DNA of 53,567 nucleotides from a virus (IMGVR_UViG_3300032270_001137:1-53567); one strand, 5' to 3'; numbered from the stretch's first letter, positions 45,421 to 53,317 are shown. The notes: a model not told the origin generated them from the sequence alone. A program made the numbers and translations.

Positions 45421-47466
45421 TTACCACCATTCGTCATTCGGATAGATTCTGTCTATGAATGTACCCAGGTTTTGACTATATAAACTGTTTGTGTAGACAT
45501 TGGCAGTCTCGTTACTTTCACCACTTCTCCAAAAAACAAAGTCTGAATATTCGTTGTAATCTGGATCAGTTGTTATCTGTTCAATAAAAGAACCTTCATT
45601 TGTGTACACATATGCATCATCTGAATTTGCATCAAAGATTAAAATTCTAGAACCCATAAAACCCGATGAAAGGACAGCTCCTGACGGTAGAGTAATAGCT
45701 GTTATGCTATCATTTTTTATAAAAAATACATCACCTGAAGCGTCATTTCCGACACAATACGCAATGGAGTCAGTTTTCCATGTAGAATTGCCATAAAGCA
45801 CGGTATTAACATTGTTTGAGACTAAAGTTAAGTCATTAGTTGTTTGATTAACCCTGTACAAATCACCGTTATCTGAGATAAGTAAAGGTAGACCAGTTGA
45901 TTCATAGTAATTAGGATTGTTACCTGCTGTAAGTAAGTCAGTAGCGACACCGGTTAAACTGTTTCTATAAACAAAAGTCCAGTTTCCGCTATCATCGCTA
46001 AATGCTTGGATAAAGTTTACAAGATTACCTGAAACAAACAAAGCGTTTGCATAGAATATATCAGCTTCTGAGATGAAACTTTCACCAACAGCAACAGACT
46101 CAAATGAAAGGTCATTATTTGACGTGTTCCATGTGAGTAACTGCAAAGTTCCTTCGCCAATGCTGAACGTAAATATATTAGATCCTAGCATTGACATATT
46201 TTCTGCAAATGTGGAAATCGCTATCGTCCATTGGACGCCACTTGGCGATATAGAAGTAACATCTAACGGGGAGCCTATGCCGTATATCATGCTGTTGTTG
46301 ATGGCAATATCATTCTCTGGTTGAGTAACTACAAGTAAATTATTTCCATTAAGTGGTGAATAAACATATGTTGTAGATGGCAAATCATCCTGATACCATA
46401 TAGCACCTTCTTTAATACCGAAATAGACTAATTGTGTAACACCACCTTCAAGGTATTTAATATACATATAAACATCGTCTGAAGAACCAGTAGTCTCATA
46501 TTTTCCAAAATATTGAGAATTAGAGCTAAAGTAATTTATGTTAGAAATATCAAATCCTTCATTCAGAAACTGTGAACCTATATCATGTAAAACGTTTCCA
46601 CTGTAGTCAATTACTTTGATTTCTTGTGTTGCACCTGTATCATCATTTGCTGATATTACTATAATTTTATCGACTGAATTATCAATATTTACGTATGTCG
46701 AGTTTGGATATGTAGCCTGGACCCAGTCAATTGTACAGCCTGGTTGTGGTGTGTACAATAAAGTTTTTTCTCCAGTTAAAACGTCTAATGCATATAACTC
46801 AAGGTTACCATCATTTAAGTGTCCAAATCGATAGATCGACTTTGTTCCATATAAATTGTCATCCAGATTAAAACTAGTATTACCCTGATAGTTATCAAAC
46901 GTAAACGTTTGTTCTATATCTCTGTAGAATGTTTTTATTTCAAACGCACCATCATTGTCCATGAAAAAAGAGACCAGACCAACTGCAGCTTCTGGGTCAA
47001 CATCATAATCGTTAAAAACGACAGAACCACTGGTCCATGCTAACTCACCCTTACTGTTAACGTAACTCAGTATAGTATCATCACCACCATCATCGTTTTG
47101 AAATTCAAATCCTATGCCGTAACCGTTTGTTGGATGTGCATAATCATCATAGATGTTCGGTGAGATATCGAATGAGATAGGTACCGACCATTCATTTGTT
47201 TCAAGTGAAAATTGAGAGTAGTGGTAAGACGGGACACCTTCTACAGTATCTCTAAACAATGCGTAAATTAAATCAACAGGTTCAGTGTATAAAGAACCTC
47301 CACCTCCTGTTCCTCCTCCACCGCCTAATCCTGTTGTCCCAAGACCTGCTGCAACTGCGGGTGGTGTAACAGGTGTATTTTTAACTGCTTCATGTAAAGC
47401 TCTTCTCTTTACATCTGACCAAACTTGTATGCTTTGTCTTCTTACGCTTTCTAGGTCTCTCGCCAT
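45421..47466 (-). CDS. large acidic beta-rich protein with leader family B and poly-Gly linker
   Basis: ALHEAVKNTPVTPPAVAAGLG..GGGGG; aromatic/beta-strand-rich body. Confidence 0.75.
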   Translation of the reverse strand: MARDLESVRRQSIQVWSDVKRRALHEAVKNTPVTPPAVAAGLGTTGLGGGGGTGGGGSLYTEPVDLIYALFRDTVEGVPSYHYSQFSLETNEWSVPISFDISPNIYDDYAHPTNGYGIGFEFQNDDGGDDTILSYVNSKGELAWTSGSVVFNDYDVDPEAAVGLVSFFMDNDGAFEIKTFYRDIEQTFTFDNYQGNTSFNLDDNLYGTKSIYRFGHLNDGNLELYALDVLTGEKTLLYTPQPGCTIDWVQATYPNSTYVNIDNSVDKIIVISANDDTGATQEIKVIDYSGNVLHDIGSQFLNEGFDISNINYFSSNSQYFGKYETTGSSDDVYMYIKYLEGGVTQLVYFGIKEGAIWYQDDLPSTTYVYSPLNGNNLLVVTQPENDIAINNSMIYGIGSPLDVTSISPSGVQWTIAISTFAENMSMLGSNIFTFSIGEGTLQLLTWNTSNNDLSFESVAVGESFISEADIFYANALFVSGNLVNFIQAFSDDSGNWTFVYRNSLTGVATDLLTAGNNPNYYESTGLPLLISDNGDLYRVNQTTNDLTLVSNNVNTVLYGNSTWKTDSIAYCVGNDASGDVFFIKNDSITAITLPSGAVLSSGFMGSRILIFDANSDDAYVYTNEGSFIEQITTDPDYNEYSDFVFWRSGESNETANVYTNSLYSQNLGTFIDRIYPNDEWW

Positions 47467-47717
47467 TATTCTTTAATTATTTTTGCCGTAAATTTACCAT
47501 CACGATTTGACTTTTTCCAGTCATTTGCCATTTCCTTTCCATCAACCAAGATAGCACAGCTTTTAGGTTCTGTAATTGTAAACTCTTTTGATCTTTCCAA
47601 AACCTTTTGAAGTAGTTCAGTTTTTGTGGTGTTTTCTGTAACTTCAACATGAACAAATAGGCTTCTAGGTCTTAGGCCTTCTTTGTCATGTATCTGTAAA
47701 TTAAATTTAATGAACAT
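47466..47717 (-). CDS. hypothetical protein
   Basis: Follows GATAAATA; coupled to next gene. Confidence 0.6.
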   Translation of the reverse strand: MFIKFNLQIHDKEGLRPRSLFVHVEVTENTTKTELLQKVLERSKEFTITEPKSCAILVDGKEMANDWKKSNRDGKFTAKIIKE

Positions 47718-47838
47718 GTGGTTATTTCTTTTTTATATTTATCTCTTATTTAAGATTTTAATTGCTTTCTCATAATTGCAACCACTTTGAAGCATAGCAT
47801 CCATGTCCTTGTGCAAGCTTTTTCCAGTCTCTTTTATA

Positions 47839-48282
47839 CTATTGACAGGTTAAAAGTTTATATGCTATTTCGTAATGTCCGGCACTGTCTTCAAGTGCAC
47901 GTTCAACTGCATCAATGCTTTTGCCGGTTTCTTTGTATAATTGCATTGCTGTTGCAGTTGTTAAATGTTCGCGGATTGTCAATTTAACTTGTTCAACATG
48001 CTCGTGTGCCCCATCCGGCCCAATCTGGAAATCATCGGAAACGTAGGGTGCAATCGGGACCATGACAAGATCCCATGTTGTTTCCTTGTCAGTGCAATTG
48101 TATTTGCCGTCAATCGTAAATTCTGCAGTTTCGTATCCACCGTCATGGTTCTCCACAACACATATAACAGGCTGGCGTACATTGCTCTTAAGAACCAGAT
48201 ACTCCACCACCTTCATGCCCGAAACTGTTTCTAATCTGTACTTCGACTGATCGAAGAGGTCTATTCTAAAATTACGCTTCAT
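47839..48282 (-). CDS. hypothetical protein with C-terminal UBA/EF-Ts-N-like helical motif
   Basis: QLYKETGKSIDAVERALEDSAGHYEIAYKLL. Confidence 0.55.
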   Translation of the reverse strand: MKRNFRIDLFDQSKYRLETVSGMKVVEYLVLKSNVRQPVICVVENHDGGYETAEFTIDGKYNCTDKETTWDLVMVPIAPYVSDDFQIGPDGAHEHVEQVKLTIREHLTTATAMQLYKETGKSIDAVERALEDSAGHYEIAYKLLTCQ

Positions 48283-48586
48283 CTTTATATTGTTTTAAGT
48301 CATTGATTGAGGTTGCCTTGGTAACACGTTCGATCCAGGTAGCGACTTCAGCAACTGGGACCCAACCTTTAACTGTGTCATTGCCAAATTCGAACCAATC
48401 GCCTTTTTCATTCCATATTGCAATTTCTGCATCAGGTGATTTGACGATTTCCATTTGCATTTCAGCATCGTATACTGTTGACATTGATTTTCTGGCACAA
48501 TAGTTCATGTTGCCGATTTGGACACTAATGGTCAATTCATTCGGGAATGTCATCTGAAATCCCTTGTTTCTAGTTATTGCTATCAT
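48272..48586 (-). CDS. hypothetical protein (F.MTF.N..TISVQ.G..NYC family)
   Basis: ORF in operon. Confidence 0.65.
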   Translation of the reverse strand: MIAITRNKGFQMTFPNELTISVQIGNMNYCARKSMSTVYDAEMQMEIVKSPDAEIAIWNEKGDWFEFGNDTVKGWVPVAEVATWIERVTKATSINDLKQYKDEA

Positions 48587-48591
48587 GGTAT

Positions 48592-48879
48592 TTAATTAAA
48601 GAATAAAATTTGTACATTGCCTTCACGGAAGTCATTGCTTATAATGACGCCATCGAGGTGTTTTCTGTCTTTTACATCTATGTTATACCATTTGGCAACA
48701 TATTCGTATTTTGCTGAATTTGCAAAACCAATAGGTTCATTTCGACACATGCTGCCAACGGTGTAGCCGTTTTCTTTTAGATACTCTTCTGCTTCACGAA
48801 TTGCCGTAAATGTACCAGTTGATGTAAATTCTAGAATTGTCGTAATTTCACGACCAAGATAAGTTTCTCCAGTTTTCAT
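48592..48879 (-). CDS. hypothetical protein
   Basis: Follows class-I promoter. Confidence 0.65.
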   Translation of the reverse strand: MKTGETYLGREITTILEFTSTGTFTAIREAEEYLKENGYTVGSMCRNEPIGFANSAKYEYVAKWYNIDVKDRKHLDGVIISNDFREGNVQILFFN

Positions 48880-48893
48880 ATTGTGTTTGATTA

Positions 48894-48942
48894 TGGTGTA
48901 AATCTACAATGAAAAACTTAAACCTAATAGATATTTGCAGTT
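48894..48942 (-). promoter_or_regulatory. class-I promoter
   Basis: CTGCA...TTTCATTGTAGATTTACACC-ATAA. Confidence 0.6.
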
Positions 48943-48943
48943 T

Positions 48944-49321
48944 TTACAGCCAGCCTTTTCTTGCTAGAAAATTAAGAAAAGAACGGGTTTGACCAACTCC
49001 AGAGACGCCTATTTCTTTCTTTAAAGCCTTTACTGAATCCGGGTTTCCCAGATGCATTGCCTCAAACCATGACATACTGTCCCAAGTATCGGTGACCCAG
49101 GGACTAACCCTCTTATCAGTGAACTCGATCGCGAAGTCTTCATATAACTCTTCGCTACCTTTTTTATATAGGCGTGAAGCCTCAAAACAAAACTCATCTG
49201 TTTCCCAGACTAGACCACGATACTCCGCAAAGTCACCGTCAATTTCATATTGTACGTTTGGTTCAACGTCTTCAGTTTCGCGTCTATACCAGACGCCATT
49301 GATTTGTATTCTGTCTTCCAT
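48944..49321 (-). CDS. hypothetical protein
   Basis: ORF. Confidence 0.65.
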   Translation of the reverse strand: MEDRIQINGVWYRRETEDVEPNVQYEIDGDFAEYRGLVWETDEFCFEASRLYKKGSEELYEDFAIEFTDKRVSPWVTDTWDSMSWFEAMHLGNPDSVKALKKEIGVSGVGQTRSFLNFLARKGWL

Positions 49322-49455
49322 TTTTTATGTTGTATTACCTCTATTAAAACACACTCTCAAGCATTCTACTTCCCGCCCCTACAAAAATGTAGCACGAAAT
49401 TTGTATCTTACTTAGCCCGTCGTTCGCGGTATGGGTACTTGAGTTTATGTGTTTG

Positions 49456-49582
49456 TAGTCAGGACAGGATTCGAACCTGTATGATAACTTATGAGCTGAA
49501 CTTTACGGGTATTTCGAGGTTACTCAATATTATCTTTACTATTAACCTTTATTCATGCGTCTACCAATTCCGCCACCTGACT
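49456..49582 (-). ncRNA. tRNA-scaffold RNA copy C (76-nt insert)
   Basis: AGTCAGG-TGGCGGAATTGGTAGACGC-[76 nt]-ACAGGTTCGAATCCTGT-CCTGACT-A. Confidence 0.75.
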
Positions 49583-49588
49583 AATAAT

Positions 49589-49804
49589 CTATTTAATAAC
49601 TTCAGGGAGAGGAATATAGATGTTTGTATTACTAGAATAATCCTCACCTACTACTTCTTCGCTATCCCAGTTGATTAAATCTTCTGGTAAGTCAAACATA
49701 GTGGCTTCATTATCTTTACCTAATAGGATTTTTAATTCTTCAGCGGTTGGCTCTCTCAGTAATTCAACTTCAACCTCTTGTGTTCTGCTAAATTTTAGTT
49801 TCAT
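49589..49804 (-). CDS. small acidic hypothetical protein between tRNA-like copies
   Basis: Start ATG 49804 (MKLKFSRTQ...). Confidence 0.6.
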   Translation of the reverse strand: MKLKFSRTQEVEVELLREPTAEELKILLGKDNEATMFDLPEDLINWDSEEVVGEDYSSNTNIYIPLPEVIK

Positions 49805-49818
49805 ATTTATTTGTTTTG

Positions 49819-49904
49819 CAGTCAGGACAGGATTCGAACCTGTAACCGTAGCAGAGACGGTGCACATCGGGAGGAAACAGCGTCTACCATTCCGCCACCT
49901 GACT
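49819..49904 (-). ncRNA. tRNA-scaffold RNA copy D (36-nt insert)
   Basis: AGTCAGG-TGGCGGAATGGTAGACGC-[36 nt]-ACAGGTTCGAATCCTGT-CCTGACT-G. Confidence 0.75.
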
Positions 49905-49954
49905 GTATATTGGAAAAACTTGACTACCATACGCGTTAGTATGGTCAAGAATTG

Positions 49955-50107
49955 AATGACGGTTTGTTCCCCGTCACCTGATGTCGTGCACAACAGAGCA
50001 GGATCTCCTACATAGCTACCCGGGTCATGATAACTCTCGATTTAGGTTGCGATCCTGTGAGAGCCGGGTTCCCTTTCAACGATGCTTATTCGTCCTATGT
50101 TAGTCCC
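49955..50107 (-). ncRNA. putative structured ncRNA of unknown class
   Basis: GC-richer non-coding tract with nested pairings ACATAG/CTATGT, CCCGG/CCGGG, CTCTC/GAGAG and terminal TGACGG/CCGTCA hairpin. Confidence 0.45.
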
Positions 50108-50120
50108 TTTTTCCAATTTG

Positions 50121-50191
50121 TAGCCGAGGCGGGAATCGAACCCGCACATGAATTGATTGCAAATCAATCCGTCTACCATTGACTTCCGGCC
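50121..50191 (-). tRNA. atypical/degenerate tRNA, apparent anticodon TGC
   Basis: ATTGA-TTTGCAA-TCAAT anticodon arm and GCGGGTTCGATTCCCGC T arm, but shortened D region and imperfect acceptor stem. Confidence 0.5.
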
Positions 50192-50242
50192 AATTTTAGT
50201 CTAAGTAATAGGCTCTATCAATTGAGCTATACCTAGATATAG

Positions 50243-50326
50243 TACCGAGGACGGGAGTCGAACCCGTACGGCCCAAAGGCCACTGGTGTTTAAGACCAGC
50301 ATGTCTACCAGTTCCACCACTCGGCC
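50243..50326 (-). tRNA. tRNA-Leu(TAA), acceptor stem with 1-nt irregularity
   Basis: CTGGT-CTTAAAC-ACCAG, long variable arm GGCC-TTTG-GGCC, ACGGGTTCGACTCCCGT. Confidence 0.8.
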
Positions 50327-50332
50327 AGTATA

Positions 50333-50521
50333 CTATATCTTCTTCCTTAACCTCTTCAATTTAGCCTTGAGTCGATTAGTCTCTAATTTCCTCAAGTACG
50401 GACCATGATTATAACCAGTATAGCCCTCTGGCCCCTTCCACATCATCTTCCATTCCGTCTTGTCCTCTTTAAGAAACCTTAAACGCTCTTCTATCTTTTC
50501 AATTTCTTTCTCGATATCCAT
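50333..50521 (-). CDS. small basic hypothetical protein
   Basis: Start ATG 50521 after class-I promoter. Confidence 0.6.
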   Translation of the reverse strand: MDIEKEIEKIEERLRFLKEDKTEWKMMWKGPEGYTGYNHGPYLRKLETNRLKAKLKRLRKKI

Positions 50522-50534
50522 TTCTTTATTGTTA

Positions 50535-50582
50535 TAGTGTAAATATAACCCAAAGTCTCTCAACCCGAAAGCATTCTTCTGC
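50535..50582 (-). promoter_or_regulatory. class-I promoter likely driving tRNA/ncRNA block
   Basis: CTTTCGGGTTGAGAGACTTTGGGTTATATTTACACT-ATAA; core repeated at 51325-51371. Confidence 0.6.
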
Positions 50583-50645
50583 TTTTATCAATTGCATAGG
50601 TTTTGCAAAGCAATCTGTTCTTCTAATGTTAACATATTCCAGGTA

Positions 50646-50912
50646 TTATCTTCGATATTTCCCATAATCATCTAAGTTTATCCTTGTTTCGTTAGTATCT
50701 GCTCCTCCGTATGTTTGTTCGTAGTATTGAACATCTGTTATTGGATATTCCTTAACTTCAAAAATTTGAGCATCTCTAAAAGTGGATTTAATCTGCTCAC
50801 GTTCCATTTGCAGTGCATGATTAAATAAGATGTCTACGTATTCCTTAGATTCTTTATCTAAATAAGGGTATGTAACATCTTTGAACCATTGAACTGCTGT
50901 TTGTTTACTCAT
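50646..50912 (-). CDS. hypothetical protein (KQTAV.W...A..ME.EQI..YY.QTY family)
   Basis: Coupled ORF. Confidence 0.65.
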   Translation of the reverse strand: MSKQTAVQWFKDVTYPYLDKESKEYVDILFNHALQMEREQIKSTFRDAQIFEVKEYPITDVQYYEQTYGGADTNETRINLDDYGKYRR

Positions 50913-51304
50913 AAGTTTAAGTATTTCCCCACAAGTTCTACTTGACCTTGCGGGTTAGTTATTGTTTTAGGTTTTAAGTTAGAACTTCCATAATCTAAAC
51001 CAAATGATTCATTAGATGAAAGTTGCATCATCTCACACTCAAAATGAGTAGGTGCAATTTTTTCAACATCATCTTGTATATTCCAACTAAATGATGGAAG
51101 CAATGGTACTCCTTCAAGGATAGGTGCATCTGATAGTGGTAGGTGTGCCAATACTTTGAATTGATTATCATCGTCATCATACACACCTGCTATTATTGCA
51201 TTTAGATTTTTGTTAAAAATGGTATCATTACCAGTTTGCTCTGTTATCTCCTCATCACTTAGGATAAGAGCATACTCTTCTGTGTAAACGATTTCTTTTT
51301 CCAT
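50909..51304 (-). CDS. hypothetical protein (AHLPL..APILEGVPLLP)
   Basis: ORF after promoter. Confidence 0.65.
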   Translation of the reverse strand: MEKEIVYTEEYALILSDEEITEQTGNDTIFNKNLNAIIAGVYDDDDNQFKVLAHLPLSDAPILEGVPLLPSFSWNIQDDVEKIAPTHFECEMMQLSSNESFGLDYGSSNLKPKTITNPQGQVELVGKYLNL

Positions 51305-51324
51305 AGTTACTTTTCTTGTTCTTA

Positions 51325-51371
51325 TAGGGCTAATCTAACCCGAAGTCTCTCAACCCGAAAGTCTTTTGCAG
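51325..51371 (-). promoter_or_regulatory. class-I promoter variant
   Basis: CTTTCGGGTTGAGAGACTTCGGGTTAGATTAGCCCT-ATAA. Confidence 0.5.
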
Positions 51372-51425
51372 TCTTTCCGTCTCTTTTACAAGTGCAAGAC
51401 CAGTAGACTAGATGCCCAAGGCCTA

Positions 51426-51467
51426 ATCGTGCGCGTGTCGCCCTTGCGCGTGTAGACCGGTAATGTA
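51426..51467 (+). repeat. 42-bp GC-rich direct repeat, copy 1
   Basis: ATCGTGCGCGTGTCGCCCTTGCGCGTGTAGACCGGTAATGTA. Confidence 0.9.
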
Positions 51468-51583
51468 AACAACAGTTCTGACACGCAAAAGACTCCTACT
51501 GTTTTCTCTCCGCATTTTCTGCAAGCCCCCAAAAACTGGCCATCTCTGACCAGTTCACAGTGTGTTTTTATTGTTTATAGATT

Positions 51584-52054
51584 TTATCTGAAAACTACCG
51601 AAATGCGCCTTTCTTTTACAGGTTCTATTGCGTGCTGCCATTCAGTACGATACTCTCCGGTTAGCAATAACGCAGATCGGTTAGGAAATTCAAAAGACAC
51701 CACTTCCTCATTTTTCTTTAGACTAAATGTAATAGGAGTTAAAATGCTAAGGATTAATGTATCATCATCGCCTAAATCAATATGATATTTTATGAAATCT
51801 TTCGGCTTGTAAATGTTGATAGTATAATCTTTCGGAACAAATTTAAGTATGCCTAATTTAGTAAATTTATTTGCTAAATCTAATAAATATTGCGGAACTT
51901 CTGCAGAAACTAAATTGTTGTTATATTTTGAAACTCCATATCGTAATATCTTTCTGCTATACTTTTTCGTAAGATCCGGTATGGCTTTGTTCAATTCAAT
52001 TTCTTCCTCTATTGATATTACATCTCGGTATAAGTAATCATCTAAATTAAACAT
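51584..52054 (-). CDS. AlkB-like 2OG-Fe(II) dioxygenase
   Basis: IN.Y....I.YHID, WQHAI, RRISVVFR. Confidence 0.85.
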   Translation of the reverse strand: MFNLDDYLYRDVISIEEEIELNKAIPDLTKKYSRKILRYGVSKYNNNLVSAEVPQYLLDLANKFTKLGILKFVPKDYTINIYKPKDFIKYHIDLGDDDTLILSILTPITFSLKKNEEVVSFEFPNRSALLLTGEYRTEWQHAIEPVKERRISVVFR

Positions 52055-52880
52055 AAGTTGGTATAATTCCGCTATTTTCTGCGAGTAAAAGAGTAATTTC
52101 AGGATCTGCTATTACAGAATTTGAAAAGGTAGCATTCATTACTTTTGGAGAATCTACATCTGTAGTCCCAATATAACCACCAAGACCGTCAGACTGAAGA
52201 AATGCACTAGCTCCATACGAAGTACAAAGCGGCAGGTTTAGTGTCATCGGAGAATCAGCGGTATTAAATGCACCAAAAAACGCATATTCTCCAACCGCGG
52301 TTACGGATGGCAATTGAACTTCTTTGAGTTTAGTACAAAAATAAAAATCATTTATGAGAACTTCTGCTAGCGCAGGTAAAATGACGGTTTCGAGAATAGA
52401 ACATTGATAAAATGTATTACCATTGGATTCTACGATTGTTCCTGTATCAACGATTGATATAAGATCTTCGCCAAGGCCTAGGCCTCCTTCAAATATACCA
52501 TTAAACGCATCAGGGTCCAATGTTATATTTGAACCTCCACTTAAATATATTGTGAAATTTGGTTCATCCACGCTAATTGATGTATATGGATTTCCGGCGC
52601 CTACTATTGCAATGTTCCAATCAGGCAAGCTATCAAACCCGTCTGCTAAAAGTGCATCCACCGTATCAAAGTTGGAAAAAACCAGGGTAAGGTCTCCAGA
52701 CGGAGCCGGAGGGTCCGGCGGATTAATGACACCGCCGCTACCGGTACCACTGGCACCTGCAGCATCACTGGGATTTACACTGGTCTGTCTGAACGTTTCA
52801 TTAAGTGCACGCCTTTGCGCAGTAGCCCAGTTCTGTAAGCTGGCCTGTCGAGCTTGCTCCATGGCTTGATGTCTATTCAT
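52047..52880 (-). CDS. leader family B protein with BspA/TpLRR-like leucine-rich repeats
   Basis: WATAQRRALNE...AAGASGTGSGG; FYQCSILETVILP, FYFCTKLKEVQLPSVTAVGEYAF. Confidence 0.75.
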   Translation of the reverse strand: MNRHQAMEQARQASLQNWATAQRRALNETFRQTSVNPSDAAGASGTGSGGVINPPDPPAPSGDLTLVFSNFDTVDALLADGFDSLPDWNIAIVGAGNPYTSISVDEPNFTIYLSGGSNITLDPDAFNGIFEGGLGLGEDLISIVDTGTIVESNGNTFYQCSILETVILPALAEVLINDFYFCTKLKEVQLPSVTAVGEYAFFGAFNTADSPMTLNLPLCTSYGASAFLQSDGLGGYIGTTDVDSPKVMNATFSNSVIADPEITLLLAENSGIIPTYV

Positions 52881-53007
52881 GTTGTTATGCTTTTATTTAG
52901 TATATTTATCTGCACGGTGTTTGTTTACCATGTTTAAACACTTCTTACCACGTTTTAACACGGTTGACGAAATAGTGGCCTACAGAGCCGTGAACTCCTG
53001 GCCCCGT

Positions 53008-53049
53008 ATCGTGCGCGCGTCGCCCTTGCGCGTGTAGACCGGTAATGTA
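53008..53049 (+). repeat. 42-bp GC-rich direct repeat, copy 2 (41/42 identical)
   Basis: ATCGTGCGCGCGTCGCCCTTGCGCGTGTAGACCGGTAATGTA. Confidence 0.9.
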
Positions 53050-53317
53050 CTATCATAGTATAATAGTATCTTAGTATCATAGTATGTCCGGCAGCGGCAG
53101 CAACAAATCGGGATGGGTTGTGGGTGCCTTCCAGGTCATCTCTTTCTGGATGTTGCCCGTCCTAGTTTAAACCCCTCCCTCTTCTCTGACTGTTGGTCCG
53201 CGTGTGCGTGCGTCGTGCGCGTACTGCCTGGCGGGCAAAACTCAGAAAACAGGGTCGGGTAAGCATTTTCGGGGACTTGGTCCGGACTTGGTCCTAGACT
53301 AGACCCCTGGTCCGGTC

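Noticed and set aside
44749-49904. CRISPR array interpretation of the constant-variable-constant repeats
   Set aside because: Copies are dispersed, not tandem; the constant parts fold as tRNA arms; inserts vary from 36 to 76 nt; no cas genes in the window.
49805-49993. N-terminal half of listed ORF 49589..49993
   Set aside because: It runs through tRNA-scaffold copy D and hairpins; the true start is more likely ATG 49804.
209-52869. Numerous antisense or nested ORFs in the track (e.g. 7001-7402, 27749-28201, 43543-44004, 49250-49678, 52423-52869)
   Set aside because: They are shadows of well-supported genes or RNAs on the other strand or frame and have no recognisable motifs.
45421-52880. 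Diversity-generating retroelement explaining variable domains behind leader B
   Set aside because: No reverse transcriptase and no template/variable repeat pair with adenine-specific differences seen in the window.
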